A stretch of DNA of 64,000 nucleotides from Mobula hypostoma (taxonomy: Eukaryota): contig NC_086097.1 of assembly GCF_963921235.1 (NCBI RefSeq), positions 20,834,001 to 20,898,000 on the forward strand, read 5' to 3'. Within the stretch, counting starts at the first letter, position 1; each line of letters begins with the position of its first letter. A program made the translations under genes and the position numbers. Shown here piece after piece: positions 50,746 to 64,000 of the stretch. The notes under the pieces are model-generated. The model searched no databases, was not told the origin of the DNA, and saw only the letters and a program-made list of their open reading frames with translations.

Positions 50746-52518
50746 CTCCCTGAGAAACACCCCGTTTCTGAAAACTTTGATGCCTTAAAAAAAACAAGTC
50801 ATAGTTGAAATTCTAGGAAAATAAGAATGTTTAGATTGATCCAACACTGAATATTTTGGCTGTACTTGATGGGATTGTACTTAAAAACAATGCTGACTAC
50901 ATGACCCTTGAGGGAAATGCATGCCAAAATGTGCGTATCACTGTGCCAGAGGCACCAATGTACTCATCTCATTTTTGGCTCTCGTTGACTATAAAGTGCC
51001 ATTGCTCTTGACCACATGTTGTATTACTCATTCAGTGTCATACCACAGGAACATTTTTGGATCAGAAAAGCAGATCTGCGGCACCAGAATCAAATAGCAA
51101 CTTGTCCACCTTGCACTTTTGGGTCAATACACACAAACCAGAATTTGGAATTGAAACATTCAACCGTTTGGTTTTCTGCTGATAGGGTTGAGCAAGTTGA
51201 TACTTTGCATGGGTTCTCCAGATACCTGTTTCTGTTGTACAATGCTGCATCAAAGTTAAAATGTACAAAAGATATAAGTCATGCATTACGAAGAGAAAAG
51301 GTACATCTGGATCTTCACTTGGGTGACAGGTTTTCACACTGATTTAACTTTGATTGTATGATAATATGATTTGTCAGCATTTAGTGAAAATACTCCCAGT
51401 GATGCTTAATTGAAATATTACACAAAAACAAAGTGAGAGAAAAGTATGTGGAAGAGCCTAACAGCCTTACAAGGCAATTGCAGCAAGTTTCTATTTTTCA
51501 AGATTCTGCAGAGAGATTTCAGAAAGGGCCCCATGCACACAACAGGATAACGACCTTAGTGGAACAGTGGAGAATAACAAGAGAAAAAAGTAACAGCATG
51601 CAGACACTTGCACTTTGCTGAATCAAATAAGTACAGAAGTGATTAGGTACATTGTTCTTTTTAGGTACCTGCCAAATAAACACCATCATGACATCTTTTG
51701 ACAATTACATGCAGTTCATTAGAGGAATCTTAAAAGCTTACCACCAATGCTTAAAACAAAATTTAATCAGTGTAACAGGAGACTCCCTCTTGGATTAGGT
51801 TGCCACTGCCATGTGGTACTGATTTGGTATATTGTTTAAATAAAATGGAGTATTTTATGAACCAGGATATAATAGGGATTCTAATTTAAAATAAAGCACC
51901 ATATGATTGCAAAACTACAAAGAGAACATTATCCAGGCATGCACAATGCTATGAATATGGTGAAGGTACTTTTAGTATTAAGGTACATAATGCTAGGGGA
52001 TTTACTTAACTTTCACTGTCTAAAGGATCTCAGAAAGCATTGGCTTTGAAAAGGTTTTCTTTCGACAAACATTTCAAAGGCACTATGAACCATATTTTAA
52101 CCATGCTGTCACACAAACACTCACTGCACATAACATAGCATTTTGTTCCTAAAATGTAGTTCCATTTCTACAAATCCAGAAAGGTACCATCACCGAAGAG
52201 CAATTGGAACACAATTCCTTGATCAAGAACTCAATATTACAAGTATCAGAACATAACTCAGCTGCTTGTAAGGTGTTTTTTTTTTAACATTACTGGGAAG
52301 GCAACAGTTCTCTCACAATTGATTTCCCTAAAAGATTAAAATTTAAATCAGACTGCTTACTTCATGGTCTTGCCCATCCCATTTCCAACTTTGTAAACCT
52401 TTAAAAATTCTTTGGTTCTGGATAGCCTTCTCCTTCTGGCAGAGATATTTTAATCAAATTTGAGTCAGCGTCATAGACAACTAACATGGAAACAGGATCT
52501 CCAGACCACCTAGTCCAT

Positions 52519-52910
52519 CTGTCTGTCTACCCATTTTGCCAGTGGCGTTCAGGGAAGCAATGAAGTTCCTCCAACTCTAATGGTTTTCAGGACTTCCTTC
52601 ATCATGTCATGGTTTCACTACTGTCAATCATGCAAGTCCCAGCATACTCAGATGTAGAAGGATTCTTCATTGCTGTTTCCGTGACAATTTTGTTTTACAA
52701 GTCAGGGTTGTTAGCCCTGAGCTGAACCTCGGAACCCGGAGGACCAGTGGAGCACTCTTAGTCAGGCATCTACCCTTTGACTTGTTTAGCACTGATGACC
52801 TTACTAAGAGACAAAGCATAAAGCCCTGACTCCAGCCAACATAGCTCTCCAGGTCATTGAGGCACACAAGCCTCCAAACCACGACAACATGATGGCCTCT
52901 TGGAGGCCAT
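52519..52910 (-). mobile_element. RTE-derived short non-autonomous element, copy 2, full length
   Basis: 9-bp TSD CTAGTCCAT (52510-52518 and 52911-52919), (AGAC)n tail, homologous to 10885-11206. Confidence 0.75.
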
Positions 52911-52919
52911 CTAGTCCAT

Positions 52920-54030
52920 GCTGAAGTATCATTCTGCCGTGTCCCATCAACCTACACTCAGACCATAACTCTCCCATCTATGTACTTGTTTGAAATGTTG
53001 AAATTGAACCTGCACCCTCCGCTTCCACTGCAGCTTGTTTCACACTCACCCACCCTCTGACTGAAGACATTTCCCTTCAGATTCCCCTTAAATATTTCAC
53101 CTTTCACCTTTAACCCATGATCTCAAGTCCTAGTTTCACCCAACCTGAGGGGGGCAGGGGAAGGGAGGAAAGAAAGCTTGATGCACTCACCCTATCTGTA
53201 CACCTCAATTTTATACATACCTACAAGATCCTCTCATCCTCCAGCACTTCAGGGAATAAAGTCCTAACTTGTTCAACCTTTCCCTTCAACTCAGGTCCAC
53301 ACATTCTCTGCAGTGCTCTCTGCACTCTTTCAAGCTTATTGACATCTCTCCTGTAGGGAGGTGACCAGAATTGCATACAATACTCTAAATTCAGCCTCAC
53401 CAACATCTTGTACAGTTTGAACATAACATCCCAATTCCTGTACTCAATATCCTGATTATGAAGACCGTGAGGTAAGGAGGTAATGTTGCAGTTTTATAAA
53501 ACTCTAGTTTGACTACAGAGTATTGTGTTCAGTTTTGGTCATCTCATTATAGGAAGGAAGAGGAAGCTTTAGAGAGGGTTCAGAGATTTGGCAGGATACT
53601 ACCTAGATTAGAGAACGTGTCTCATAAGGATAGGTTGTTTGAGCCAGGGCTCTTCTCTTTGGAGCAAAATAGGATGAGAGGTAACCTAAAGAGGTGTACA
53701 AGATGACAAGAGGCATAAATCAAGTGGATAGCCAGCACCCGTTTCTCAGAGCGGCAATGGCTAACGGAACAGGGCACAATTTCAAGGTTACTGGAGCAAA
53801 GTGTAGCGTGTGGGGGGAATACACACACATAGCAGTAAGTTTGTAGAATGCACTGCTGGAGGTGGTGGTAGAGGCAGATACATTAGGAAGATTTAAGAGA
53901 TTCTTGCCTAGGCACATGGTGAATAAATGAGGGATTTGAGAGAGGAGCAAAACATTGATCTTAGAATAGGTAAGAGGTCAGCACAACATTGTGGGCTGAA
54001 GAGCCCGTACTGTTCTGTGCACTATGTTCT
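52920..54030. mobile_element. Two CR1 3' fragments joined head to head (minus to about 53465, plus from about 53470)
   Basis: LEYCMQFWSP on the minus strand and EYCVQFWSS on the plus strand. Confidence 0.7.
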
Positions 54031-54691
54031 GAATGCAGCAAATGACCAAGCCTCTGGAGTCCTGGAGAATACAGAATGTCAAAGATTCAACACCATGAGT
54101 GAAAAATAATCTTCATTTCTGTCCTAAGTAGTTTACCTGAAATGGAGACTGATGCCAATTTCTAGATTCCTGAACCAAGAGAGTCATCCTTTCTGTAGCC
54201 TCCTTGTCAAGGCCACCAAATATTTAGTATTGCTCAATGGGTTGAGAAGGAAAATAAACCAGCCACAATCGAATGGTGGTGCAGACTCGACAGGCTGAAT
54301 GGCCTAATTCTGCTCTTATGTCTTGAGGTCAAGTCTCATGCACCTTCAATAAAAGAGGCCCAGCCTGCTCAACCTCTCTTCCCAAGGCAGATTTACCATC
54401 CCAGGAACTAATCCTGGGAATTTTGCTGGACTCTATCGATACAAGAGTAGAAATTGGACATAGTATTCCTGTTGTATCATCACGCCCCTACATAACTGTA
54501 TTAAGACATCTTTACTCCTGCACTAAAAACCTTCAATAAAGGGCAATCTACAATTTGGCTTTCTAATTGCCTGTCACAGCTACACATTAGAACACTGAGG
54601 ATATCTGCTCTTAAATTTCCAAAGTGAAAAAGGAATGCAATAACATTAACAGCTCCAGATGTGACTCAGCTGATAACATTCTCACTAAACT

Positions 54692-54963
54692 GGTGCGTGG
54701 CCAAGTGGTTAAGGCATTGGTCTAGTGATCTGAAGGTCGCTAGTTCGAGCCTCAGCTGAGGCAGCGTGTTGTGTCCTTGAGCAAGGTACTTAACCACACA
54801 TTGCTCTGCGACGATACTGGTGCCAAGCTGTATCGGCCCAAGCATCCTTCCCTTGGACAACATCGGCGGCGTGGAGAGGGGAGACTTGCAGCCCAGGCCT
54901 GTGCCCTGGAAACCTTCCAAAGCTCAAATCCATGGTCTCACGAGACTAAGGGATGCCTATATA
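54692..54963 (+). mobile_element. tRNA-derived SINE
   Basis: A box TGGCCAAGTGG, B box GTTCGAGCC, (TA)n end, imperfect TSD TAAACT/TAAATT. Absent from the homologous site at about 4941-4946. Confidence 0.85.
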
Positions 54964-55219
54964 TAAATTTGAGAAGATTGTGGGCCCATAGACTTGTGCA
55001 TAAAAATTGTTCATGACACCAATGTTGTACTGAGGAGGTTTAACGTAATTCTTCATTGCTGGTGTTGGCTAATTTTGCATCGGGTAGAGGCAAAAGATCT
55101 CCTGGTAAAAATACGAGTAGCAATTTGCTCCAATGTACTGGCCAATGTTTGCCCCTCAAATAGCATTGCTTAAAATCATATTGCTGTGGTACAGGCAGGC
55201 AAGCTTTCTATATACACTC

Positions 55220-56380
55220 CATAGAACCATAGAAACTACAGCACAGAAACAGGCCTTTTGGCCCTTCTTGGCTGTGCCGAACCATTTTCTGCCTAGTCCC
55301 ACTGACCTGCACACGGACCATATCCCTCCATACACCTCCCATCCATGTATCTGTCCAATTTATTCTTAAATGTTAAAAAAGAACCCGCATTTACCACCTC
55401 GTCTGGCAGCTCATTCCATACTCCCACCACTCTGTGTGAAGAAGCCCCCCCTAATGTTCCCTTTAAATTCCCCCCACCCTTAACCCATGTCCTCTGGTTT
55501 TTTTTCTCCCCTTGCCTCAGTGGAAAAAGCCTGCTTGCATTCACTCTAACTATACCCATCATAATTTTATATACCTCTATCAAATCTCCCCTCATTCTTC
55601 TACGCTTCAGGGAATAAAGTCCTAACCTATTCAACCTTTCTCTGTAACTGAGTTTCTCAAGTCCTGGCAACATCCTTCTAAACCTTCTCCGCACTCTTTC
55701 AACCTTATTTATATCCTTCCTGTAGTTTGGTGACCAAAACTGAACACAATACTCCAGATTCGGCCTCACCAATGCCTTATACAACCTCATCAAAACATTC
55801 CAGCACTTATACTCAATACTTTGATTAATAAAGGCCAATGTACCAAAAGCTCTCTTTACGGCCCTATCTACCTGTGACGCCACTCTTAGGGAATTTTGTA
55901 TCTGTATTCCCAGATCCCTCTGTTCCATTGCACTCCTCAGTGCCTTACCATTAACCCTGTATGTTCTACCTTGGTTTGTCCTTCCAACGTGCAATACCTC
56001 ACACTTGTCAGTATTAAACTCCATCTGCCATTTTTCAGCCCATTTTTCCAGCTGGTCCAAGTCCCTCTGCAGGCTCTGAAAACCTTCCTCACTGTCTACT
56101 ACACCTCCAATCTTTGTATCATCAGCAAATTTGCTGATCCAATTTACCACATTATCACCCAGATCATTGATATAGATGACAAGTAACAATGGACCCAGCA
56201 CTGATCCCTGTGGCACCCCACTAGTCACAGGTCTCTACTCGGAGAAGCAATTCTCTACTACCACTCTTTGGCTTCTTCCATTGAGCCAATGTCCAATCCA
56301 ATTTACCAGCTCTCCATGTATACCTAGCAACTGAATTTTCCTAACTAACCTCCCATGCGGGACCTCGTCAAAGGCCTTGT
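55220..56380 (-). mobile_element. CR1-clade LINE, 5'-truncated, young
   Basis: 311-aa ORF 55293-56228 with GVPQGSVLGP, KFADDTK and LEYCVQFWSP. (TTCTATGG)n-type tail. Inserted inside the left TIR of a Tc1 element. Confidence 0.93.
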
Positions 56381-56897
56381 CAGTAGCCACTTTATTAGGT
56401 ACACCTGCTCGTTAATGCAAATATCTAATCGGGCAATCAACTCAACACATAAAAGTGTGCCAACATAGTCAAGAGGTTCAGTTGTTGTTCAGACCAAATA
56501 GCAGAATGGGGGAGAAATGTGATCCAAGTGACTTTGACCGTGGGATGATTATAGGTGCAGGAAGTGGTTTGAGTATTTCAAATTGCTGATCTCCTGGGAT
56601 GTTCACAAACAACAGTCTCTACAGTTTACAGAGAATGGTGGAAAAACAAAAAAACCTCCAGTGAACAGCAATTCTGTGGATGAAAATACCTTGTTATTGA
56701 CGGGTCAGATGAGAAAGGCTAGACTGGTTCAAGCTGACAAAGGTGACAGCGACTCGAATATTAGTAGTGTGCAGAAGAGCATCTCTGAATGCACATGTTG
56801 AACCTGCAAGTGAATGAGCTACAGCAGAAGACCATGAACATACACAGTGGTCACTTTATTAGGCACAGGAAGTAGCTAATAATGTGGCCACTGAATG
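56381..56897 (+). mobile_element. Tc1/mariner non-autonomous element (left TIR split; first bases TACACTC at 55213-55219)
   Basis: CAGTAGCCACTTTATTAGG start, ...GTGGCCACTGA end, transposase relic RKARLVQADK. Confidence 0.8.
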
Positions 56898-57713
56898 AAC
56901 ATGCAAGACTTTCTTTTAGCTTGAAGAACAGTGGAACACGACTCATAATTTTAAGACCTAAATTTAAAGTGGACTTGATTGAACCAGTTTTATTGGAGCC
57001 CTAAAGAAAAATAAACAAATTATTCAACTTTTAGTTCCAAGATTAAAAATACTCATTTCACAATCATTTGTAATATCTAGAAATATTTTTCCACTCCCAT
57101 GGTTATAAGAGAATGCACTTTACTTCCAGTTGGATGCCTTGAGTACAATTCACGAATAAAGGCAGTCTGCAGTTTTTGTATGTGTAAGATCTCATTTTGA
57201 ACATACAAAAAAACTGTACAAAATTACACTGCTTTAATGCATGAATATCAAAATCAAAATGTTAGTACACTAATACATGCACATCTTCTAACACATAATT
57301 AAGTGAAAAAGAATTTCTTTAGTGAGAGGGTGGTGAATTTGTGGAATTCATTGCCATAGACAGTTGTAGAGGCCAAGTCATTGGGCAGATTTAAAGGGGA
57401 GGTTGATAGACTTGATTAGTAAGGGCACCAAGGGTATGGGGAGAAGGCAGAAGAAAGGGGTTGAGAGGGTTTAATAGAATAGCCATGATGGAATAGTGGA
57501 GCAGATTCAATGGGCTGAATGGCCTAACTCTGTTCCTATGTCTTACGGTTTTAAGAAAATTCTGGTGCATTATTTTAATAATGTACTTTGATGAGCTGTT
57601 GCAATGAAGCTAGTCATTTCAGTGAGGAAACTGGTTTACCCACAATACACGATTAAATAAAGCTTCAAACATTCCTGCAAGGATAAAAGATCGGCCATAA
57701 AAATGAAACTTAC

Positions 57714-57843
57714 TGTATCCAGCATCTCTCTGGTATGAGCAGCAGATACACAAAATCTGGCCCTCGATTCAATGATGGGTGTGGCAGGAAATCCAACCAC
57801 CACAACTCCAACGTTTCGCTTCAGCATTTCTCGACCAAAAGCA
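57714..57843 (-). CDS. SPTLC2: SPTLC2 penultimate coding exon
   Basis: [43 protein letters not shown]. Acceptor ttttatttcctcag|, donor ACA|GTAAGT, 130 bp, phases consistent with both neighbours. PAKIGAFGREML and [10 protein letters not shown] are SPTLC2-type rather than SPTLC3-type. Confidence 0.96.
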
Positions 57844-58531
57844 CTGAGGAAATAAAACACTTCAGGTTTAAAAATGTATATATGAAACATGAAAAGAGTG
57901 AACAGATATTACTATACAGGAGGAGGAAAGGTACTGAGAGCCATAACTAAAATATTCAGAAGTCCAGTAGACATTTGGAGCAAAAAGTTACCTTGTCAGC
58001 AGAGTGTATTTGTGAAGGGAAATGTTGGGATATGAGCCAAATTCAGACAAATGAGACTGGTTCAAGTAGGTAATGGTTAGAATAGATAAGTTAGTCTAAA
58101 TTCCAAAAGGCCTGTTTTTATTGACTTTGAAATGAATAGTCAATATTTTAGGAAAAGACTTTCCTTAAGGTCTTCATGTTATACATTTCCAAGGTATGGT
58201 GGGAGAAGCCCGTGTATTTCAGGGCTATTAGTTGCACTGTCATGGCTAAAAGTGGATAACCACTATTTCACAACTTACTGCAGCAATGGATTAACCAACA
58301 TCTGTGATCTCAGCTGCCCTCCAACTTCCCTTCAACAGTTCATTGAAACCCCCTCTCACTGCTCCCCGTGAACTCTGCTGCCCTTTGATGTTCTCCAGCC
58401 CTTTTACCTCTTTCACCAATGGACTTCCCAGTTTACTTCATTCCCCCCACCTCCTGGTTTGACCCATCACCTAGTACTTCTTCCTCCTCTCCCCCCACCT
58501 TTTTACTGTGACTTCTCATCTTTTTTTCTCC

Positions 58532-58567
58532 AGTCCTGATGAAGGGTCTTGGCCCGAAATGTCGACT
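58532..58567 (+). ncRNA. Minimal hammerhead ribozyme motif, second near-intact copy
   Basis: AGUC-CUGAUGA-A-GGG-UCUUGG-CCC-GAAA-UG-UC^GACU at the end of a Penelope 3' fragment (about 58380-58625). Confidence 0.7.
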
Positions 58568-58694
58568 GTTTACTCTTTTCCATACATGCTGCCTACCCTG
58601 CTGAGTTCCTCCAGCATTTTGTGGGTAACCAATATCTGTACTGTTTTCATAATAGACTCTCCCCTGCACCATCCTCCAGCAGCATTGTGAGCGG

Positions 58695-58696
<2 letters not shown>

Positions 58697-58769
<73 letters not shown>
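58697..58769 (+). repeat. (GA)n microsatellite
   Basis: Perfect dinucleotide run of about 70 bp. Confidence 0.97.
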
Positions 58770-58771
<2 letters not shown>

Positions 58772-60681
58772 TGATCGAACACAGGCTCCTTCCTCCAGGG
58801 GCAGCAAGCAAAATAGAGTGACTGATCACTCACAGACAGACAATGCAAAACACCCCCTTGTCTTCCGCTCTCGTCCCCATTGGTTTCAATCTTCCTTGAT
58901 GCTCTTGTCCTGTTTCTAGGCTTCTTGGCCTCAGATCGCACACTTCACTCAAAACCTCACTGAACTCCCTCGGAGACAGCAAAGTGCCAGATCACTCAAC
59001 TGGCCCAAAAACACACCATCAAAGTGTGGATCACAGGTTCTAATAGTGGCAGAATCACATTTGACAGCAGCAGCAGCAAAAAGTGAAAGAAGCATTTTCG
59101 TGAACTGTCTGAAGGTCGTCGCCCTGGACATGTTGTTTGCTGGTACTGTCTTCTTTGAGTTATATCATCACACAATTCTCACTTAATACAATTAATGCAA
59201 TCCATTCAGCTGCTTGAATTGAATCACATGGTACCTTAAAACTTTGTCAACTGACATGCATGTGACAGGTTGCAAGAATCAATATTTACCACATCCACTT
59301 TTTCTTCCTTATCTATCCTACCAGTCATAACCTCAGACTCCAGCAGATTAGGACACACGATTTTCCTCTCATAAATCCATGTTTTAATTGACTCAATATC
59401 CCTTTGTTCAATGAGGTCTCCATTACCAATTTCAGCATTTTTTAAAGCTTAAAGTAAACTAAGCAAAGTATGGATATGTCACAATATACTATCCTGAGAT
59501 TCATTTTCATGAATTGTAGTGTCCATAGGTTGTGGAATCAACTCAGAGCAGAGTTGAGTGAAGCTATCCACGCTGGTTGAGGAGCTTGAAGGTCGCACAG
59601 TAATAACTGTTCCTGAACCGGGTGGTGTGGGAACTGTACCTCCTTCCCAATGGTAGCACTGAGAAGACAGTTTGGCCTGGCAGGTGAGGTTGGGGGGGTG
59701 GGGGTGGGGGTTCTCGATGATGGATACTGTTTTATTATAACAGGGCTCATTGTTGACATGCTCAATAGTGTCAATGGTGGGGTCAACTGAGTTTAGATTA
59801 ACTGTTGATGGTTTCCATTTTCTGACTTTTTTTAACTTTAGGACCATATTTACTACCACCACATCCACAAGAACAATTTCAGAAAATATAGTACATTGGA
59901 TAACATCTACTACCTCAAAAAGCACCTCTTTCAAAACTGATGCAAATCATCTGACCCTTGGAATTTATGAGCTTCTAAATTCAGCAACTTCACAATTTCT
60001 ATTTTGGAGTTCTCATTCTTGCTAAATACTCCCATAATATAATTGACTGGCTGATGTAGCGCAGGAAAAGAATCTTGGCCAATCATTTCCTCTACATTTG
60101 CAGACAAGACCTCAACTCTCTCCACTAGGGAAGGGCTAGCTCAGGGCGGAGATTGGAGTTCAATCCCAGAGGAAGGAGTTTGTATGTCCTCCCTGTGGAA
60201 TGTGTGGGTTCCCTCAGGGTGTTCCAGTTTCCTCTCAGCCCAAAAATGTACCAGTTAACAGGTTAACTGGTTATTGTAAATTATCTGGCAGTTAGGGTGT
60301 TGCTGGCAGTGCGACTCAAAGGGCCTGTTCCATGCTGTATCAATGAATAAATTAATGTGGTTACTGAAGGTAGCCACTTTGACCCACCTAATAGGACATG
60401 AACAAGAAAGGGACAAGGTCCAAAAGAAATGAAAGCTCCTATCCACTTTCAGCCCAGTAAAGAAACTGCAATAACTATTGTGTCTGATCAGCATTCGAAT
60501 AAGGGGAAACAACACTGCTTATTTTTAATTTGTTCACTTGCATTCTTCATCATTTGAAGTTGCAGCCCAGTAGAGGAATTTTGCAAAACCGCCAGCTAAT
60601 TTTCTTACTACAGACAGCTGAAGGAAACTAAAAACAAAATCTGAATCTAAACTACAAAGAATGAAGTACGTTTCTCATTTA

Positions 60682-60849
<168 letters not shown>

Positions 60850-61019
60850 TTAAATGATTTAAAGCTACAGGTGCAATAAAGCCAAGGGTGCAGTAACAGA
60901 ATTACTGTGAAATTTAAAGAGCAATATCTTGGTTAAAGGCACAGTTTCAACTGAGAATCTTCAGCTATAAATTAAATGCCACAAGTCTTGTTTTTTTTTT
61001 GCAAAGTACATCACATTAC

Positions 61020-61330
61020 AGACATGTAGCCGAGAGCATTCTAATGTGGAGTATCACTGCGTGGTATAGAAACTGCACTGCAGCAGACAGAAGGGGTCTA
61101 CAACGGGGTAGTTAAAACTGTTCACCATCAAGATATACAGAAGAGTGCTGGAAAAAGGCCAGCAATATCATGAAGGATTCCACAACCCTGCTCATGATTT
61201 GTTTATCCAACACGCATTAGGGAAAAGACTAAGCAGATTCTATGCCAGAACTACCAGATTCAAACTGTTAGAAAGGGAAACAGTTTCTTCACCCAGGCTG
61301 TAAGATGACTGAACACCCTGTCACCACCCA
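61020..61330 (+). mobile_element. Degenerate Rex1/Babar-like LINE 3' fragment
   Basis: ESILMWSITAWY-like start, similar to 15890-16230. Confidence 0.55.
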
Positions 61331-64000
61331 GGTCTCATCATGCATGAAGCTCCATTAGCGATATACTGGTTTTTTAAAACTTGTGTTGTGAATACACATT
61401 ATTTGTTAATTTACCAGTAGCAGTATCACTTTGTGTTGTGTGTGAATTTTATGTACTGCATTGCGCACCTTGGTCTGCAGGAGCATCGCTTCGTTTGGTG
61501 GTATATATGTGTGTACGCTTGAGTGACAATAAACGTGAACTTGAAAAACAGTTACTACCCCAAAGTGTCAGGCTGACCAACACCTCCACATTATTTACCC
61601 ACGGCACCACACACCTCCCCACCATTACTTTATCATTTCGCGTCAGTCACCTTATGTATTGATACTCCTGTACCTAGCATCACATTATGTACATATCATC
61701 AGTCTATGGATACAAACTATTCTCACATTTTTAAAATTTATTTTTGTATTGTGTTCTTTACACTTATTGTTTCTATTACGCTGCACTGGGTCCAGAGTAA
61801 TAATAATTTTGTTCCACTTTACACTTGTGCACTGAAGAATATCAAACAACCTTGAATCTTGAATTCAGGCTGAATTAGCATTGTTCCCCCCTCCCCACCC
61901 ACCTTGTCAAAGGGAGAAACCTATTCACATGAAGGGCTTTGTTTTAACAATCATATTGCCATCAGCTTGAATATATCCAACCAGAGGAAAATCCATAGAT
62001 AATTGAGAATCATCCTAATGACCATCCCTGGCTTGTTTTACCTTCAATGCTTGCCAACAAAGATTGGCTTCATTAAGAAATAAGGAACTTTTATTTGATA
62101 TTTCCTGGTCTTAAACTACTTATAATTATTGCTTGCATACATTCATATTGTTTTCATATGCTTGACCTCATTATTTATAAAAATTCACTTGCCCAGTCCT
62201 GCGGGTAATCTGTTAACCCTCAGACTGGTAGAGTGCTGAGAGCAAAGACGTTGAGCTGGATTTGAAAGGTAAAGTAAAATATCAGGGATTAATGTAATCA
62301 ATTAAATCGAAGCAGCAAATATAATTTAATCATATCGGTTGCTAAATGAAGCATATAGAATTAATGCAATGACATGGAAATATAGATGGAAGAACTCTGT
62401 TACAACCAGCACAATAGCAGAATCTTGTGCAGTGTAAAGAAAATAAATACAATATATTGATACAAGAGGTTTTGCAGATGCTGAAAATCCAGAGCAACAC
62501 AAAATGCTGGAGGAACTCAGCAGGTCAGGTAGCATCTATGGAGGGGAATATACAGTTAACTTTTCAGTCCGAGACCTTTCATTCGGACTTGTATCAGCAA
62601 ATTGGGTATACTGATGTTATTTAAGGTTTGGATGGATGTCATGATATATACTGCAATACATTAGACCATAAGTCGTAGGAGCAGAATTAGGCTATTCAGC
62701 CCATTCAGTCTGCTCCACCATTCCATCACGGCTGATTTATTACCCCTCTCACCCCCATTATCTTGCCTTCCTACCCAAAATGACTACTCAAGATCCTATT
62801 AACCCCTGCTTTAAATATACTCAATGACTTGGCTTCCACAGCCATCTGTGGCAATAAATTCCACAGATTCAGCCCACTTTGGGTACTCAACCCACAGCTC
62901 CTCCAGCCATTTATTGATGAGGTACAGCACAGAATAGGTCGCTGGTACTGTAAAGTGTTGTGCTAACCACTATGCTACCATGCCGCCACAAATTTGCTCC
63001 AGGTTCCAGCACAGGTGAGACAGGCAATGTATGACAGAATTAGTTGGTGGTCCAGTAGTTAAGTGACAAGTTCCTTCTGCCTTTTACTTTTCTTCACTTG
63101 ACCCATGTTGTCAGTATAGGAGAGTGGCAACAACGGGATATTGTTGCAAACTGAGGAAACTGGTCATTTGAAGCCAAGGTTCAGTGAAAGTTCTTTCCTC
63201 AGAGTGGCAAATGTATGGAATTCTTCTCCACACACCCCCCCCCCCGCATCTCGCAGATGCAGAAGGGTCTTGGCCCAAAACGTCAACTGTTTAGAAATGA
63301 ATAATGCTGCCTGATCTGCTGATTTCCTCCAGCATTTTGTGCGCGTTGCCCCAGATTATTAGGTTATTTAAGATGGAGATTGATAAATATTTGAAAGGTT
63401 ACAGATTAAGGGCTCTGGGAAACTAGCAGTGAAGTGAGACTAGCACAGATCAGCCATGATTGTATTGAACTTGTAGGTGGCTTGAGGGACCTAGAGGCCC
63501 AACACCTGCTCCAGTTTTCATGTTTGGTCTCAGATTCAGTGGTCATCCAAGATACCACTCCTCTGCAATAGACAAAATGCTGCAGGTACTCATGTCAGGC
63601 AGCACCTATAAAAATGAATAAACAGGCACCAGTTTGGGCTGAGACACTTTAGGACTGCTCCCCTACTACTCTACTTTGAACATTCACAGCCTTTGAATTC
63701 CCAGTATTTGCTGAGGGAGTTAGAGTGGATTTAATCTGGTAACTTTTGCATAAAAACCTAGAATAGCATTCCCTTCAGTGGTCAAGGACAGGAACTATAC
63801 TGCAACCTTCCTATACCACCTCCTTCTACTACCCATTGTGCTTTCCCCTTTTCCTTCTTCACCTTTCCTGCCTATCCCCTCCCTGCTTCCCCTCCCCCAC
63901 CCCTTTATCTCTCCCCTTACTGGTTTTTCACCTGGAACCTACCAGCTTTCTCCTTCCCACCCTCCCCCCACCTTCTTTATAGGGCCTCTGCCCCTTCCCT

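Noticed and set aside
54692..54770. Apparent second tRNA gene
   Set aside because: Has A/B boxes but no proper acceptor stem, continues into a SINE body, and is absent from the homologous empty site.
5211..55219. Exact 50,000-bp offset between the two TATACACT sites as an assembly artefact
   Set aside because: The copies are clearly diverged and the offset differs upstream of the SINE, so the round number is coincidental.
55293..56228. 311-aa RT ORF as a domesticated gene
   Set aside because: An ordinary 5'-truncated CR1 with its own tail, no upstream RT motifs in frame, and several sister copies in the window.
58433..58941. ORFs with SLSLSL or ERERER repeats
   Set aside because: Translations of the (GA)n microsatellite.

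Overview
Vertebrate genomic DNA. The repeat content (CR1 LINEs, HE1/V-SINE-like tRNA SINEs, Penelope-like elements, Tc1 relics) suggests a cartilaginous fish, which is an inference. Two spliced genes lie in tandem on the minus strand. The first is the 3' end of SPTLC2: three coding exons at 60818-60683, 57843-57714 and 46056-45937, then a repeat-poor 3' UTR of about 5.2 kb. The second, downstream, is the 5' end of an isthmin gene, most likely ISM2: exon 1 at 18884-18747 in a CpG island and exon 2 at 3226-2975, with the rest beyond the left edge. An intact tRNA-Ser(GCT) gene lies between them at 30428-30509. Most other ORFs in the track are transposon fragments or spurious. The most interesting unexplained signals are: (1) a dispersed family of Penelope-associated minimal hammerhead ribozyme motifs, some in short fold-back elements; (2) a composite block of about 1 kb duplicated roughly 50 kb apart in introns of the two genes, one copy later hit by a SINE and a CR1; (3) a solo LTR with a target-site duplication (TSD); (4) RTE-derived short elements with a structured 5' end; (5) a CpG-retaining domain of about 14 kb upstream of ISM2. 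All calls were made by eye, and repeat boundaries are approximate unless a TSD is given.
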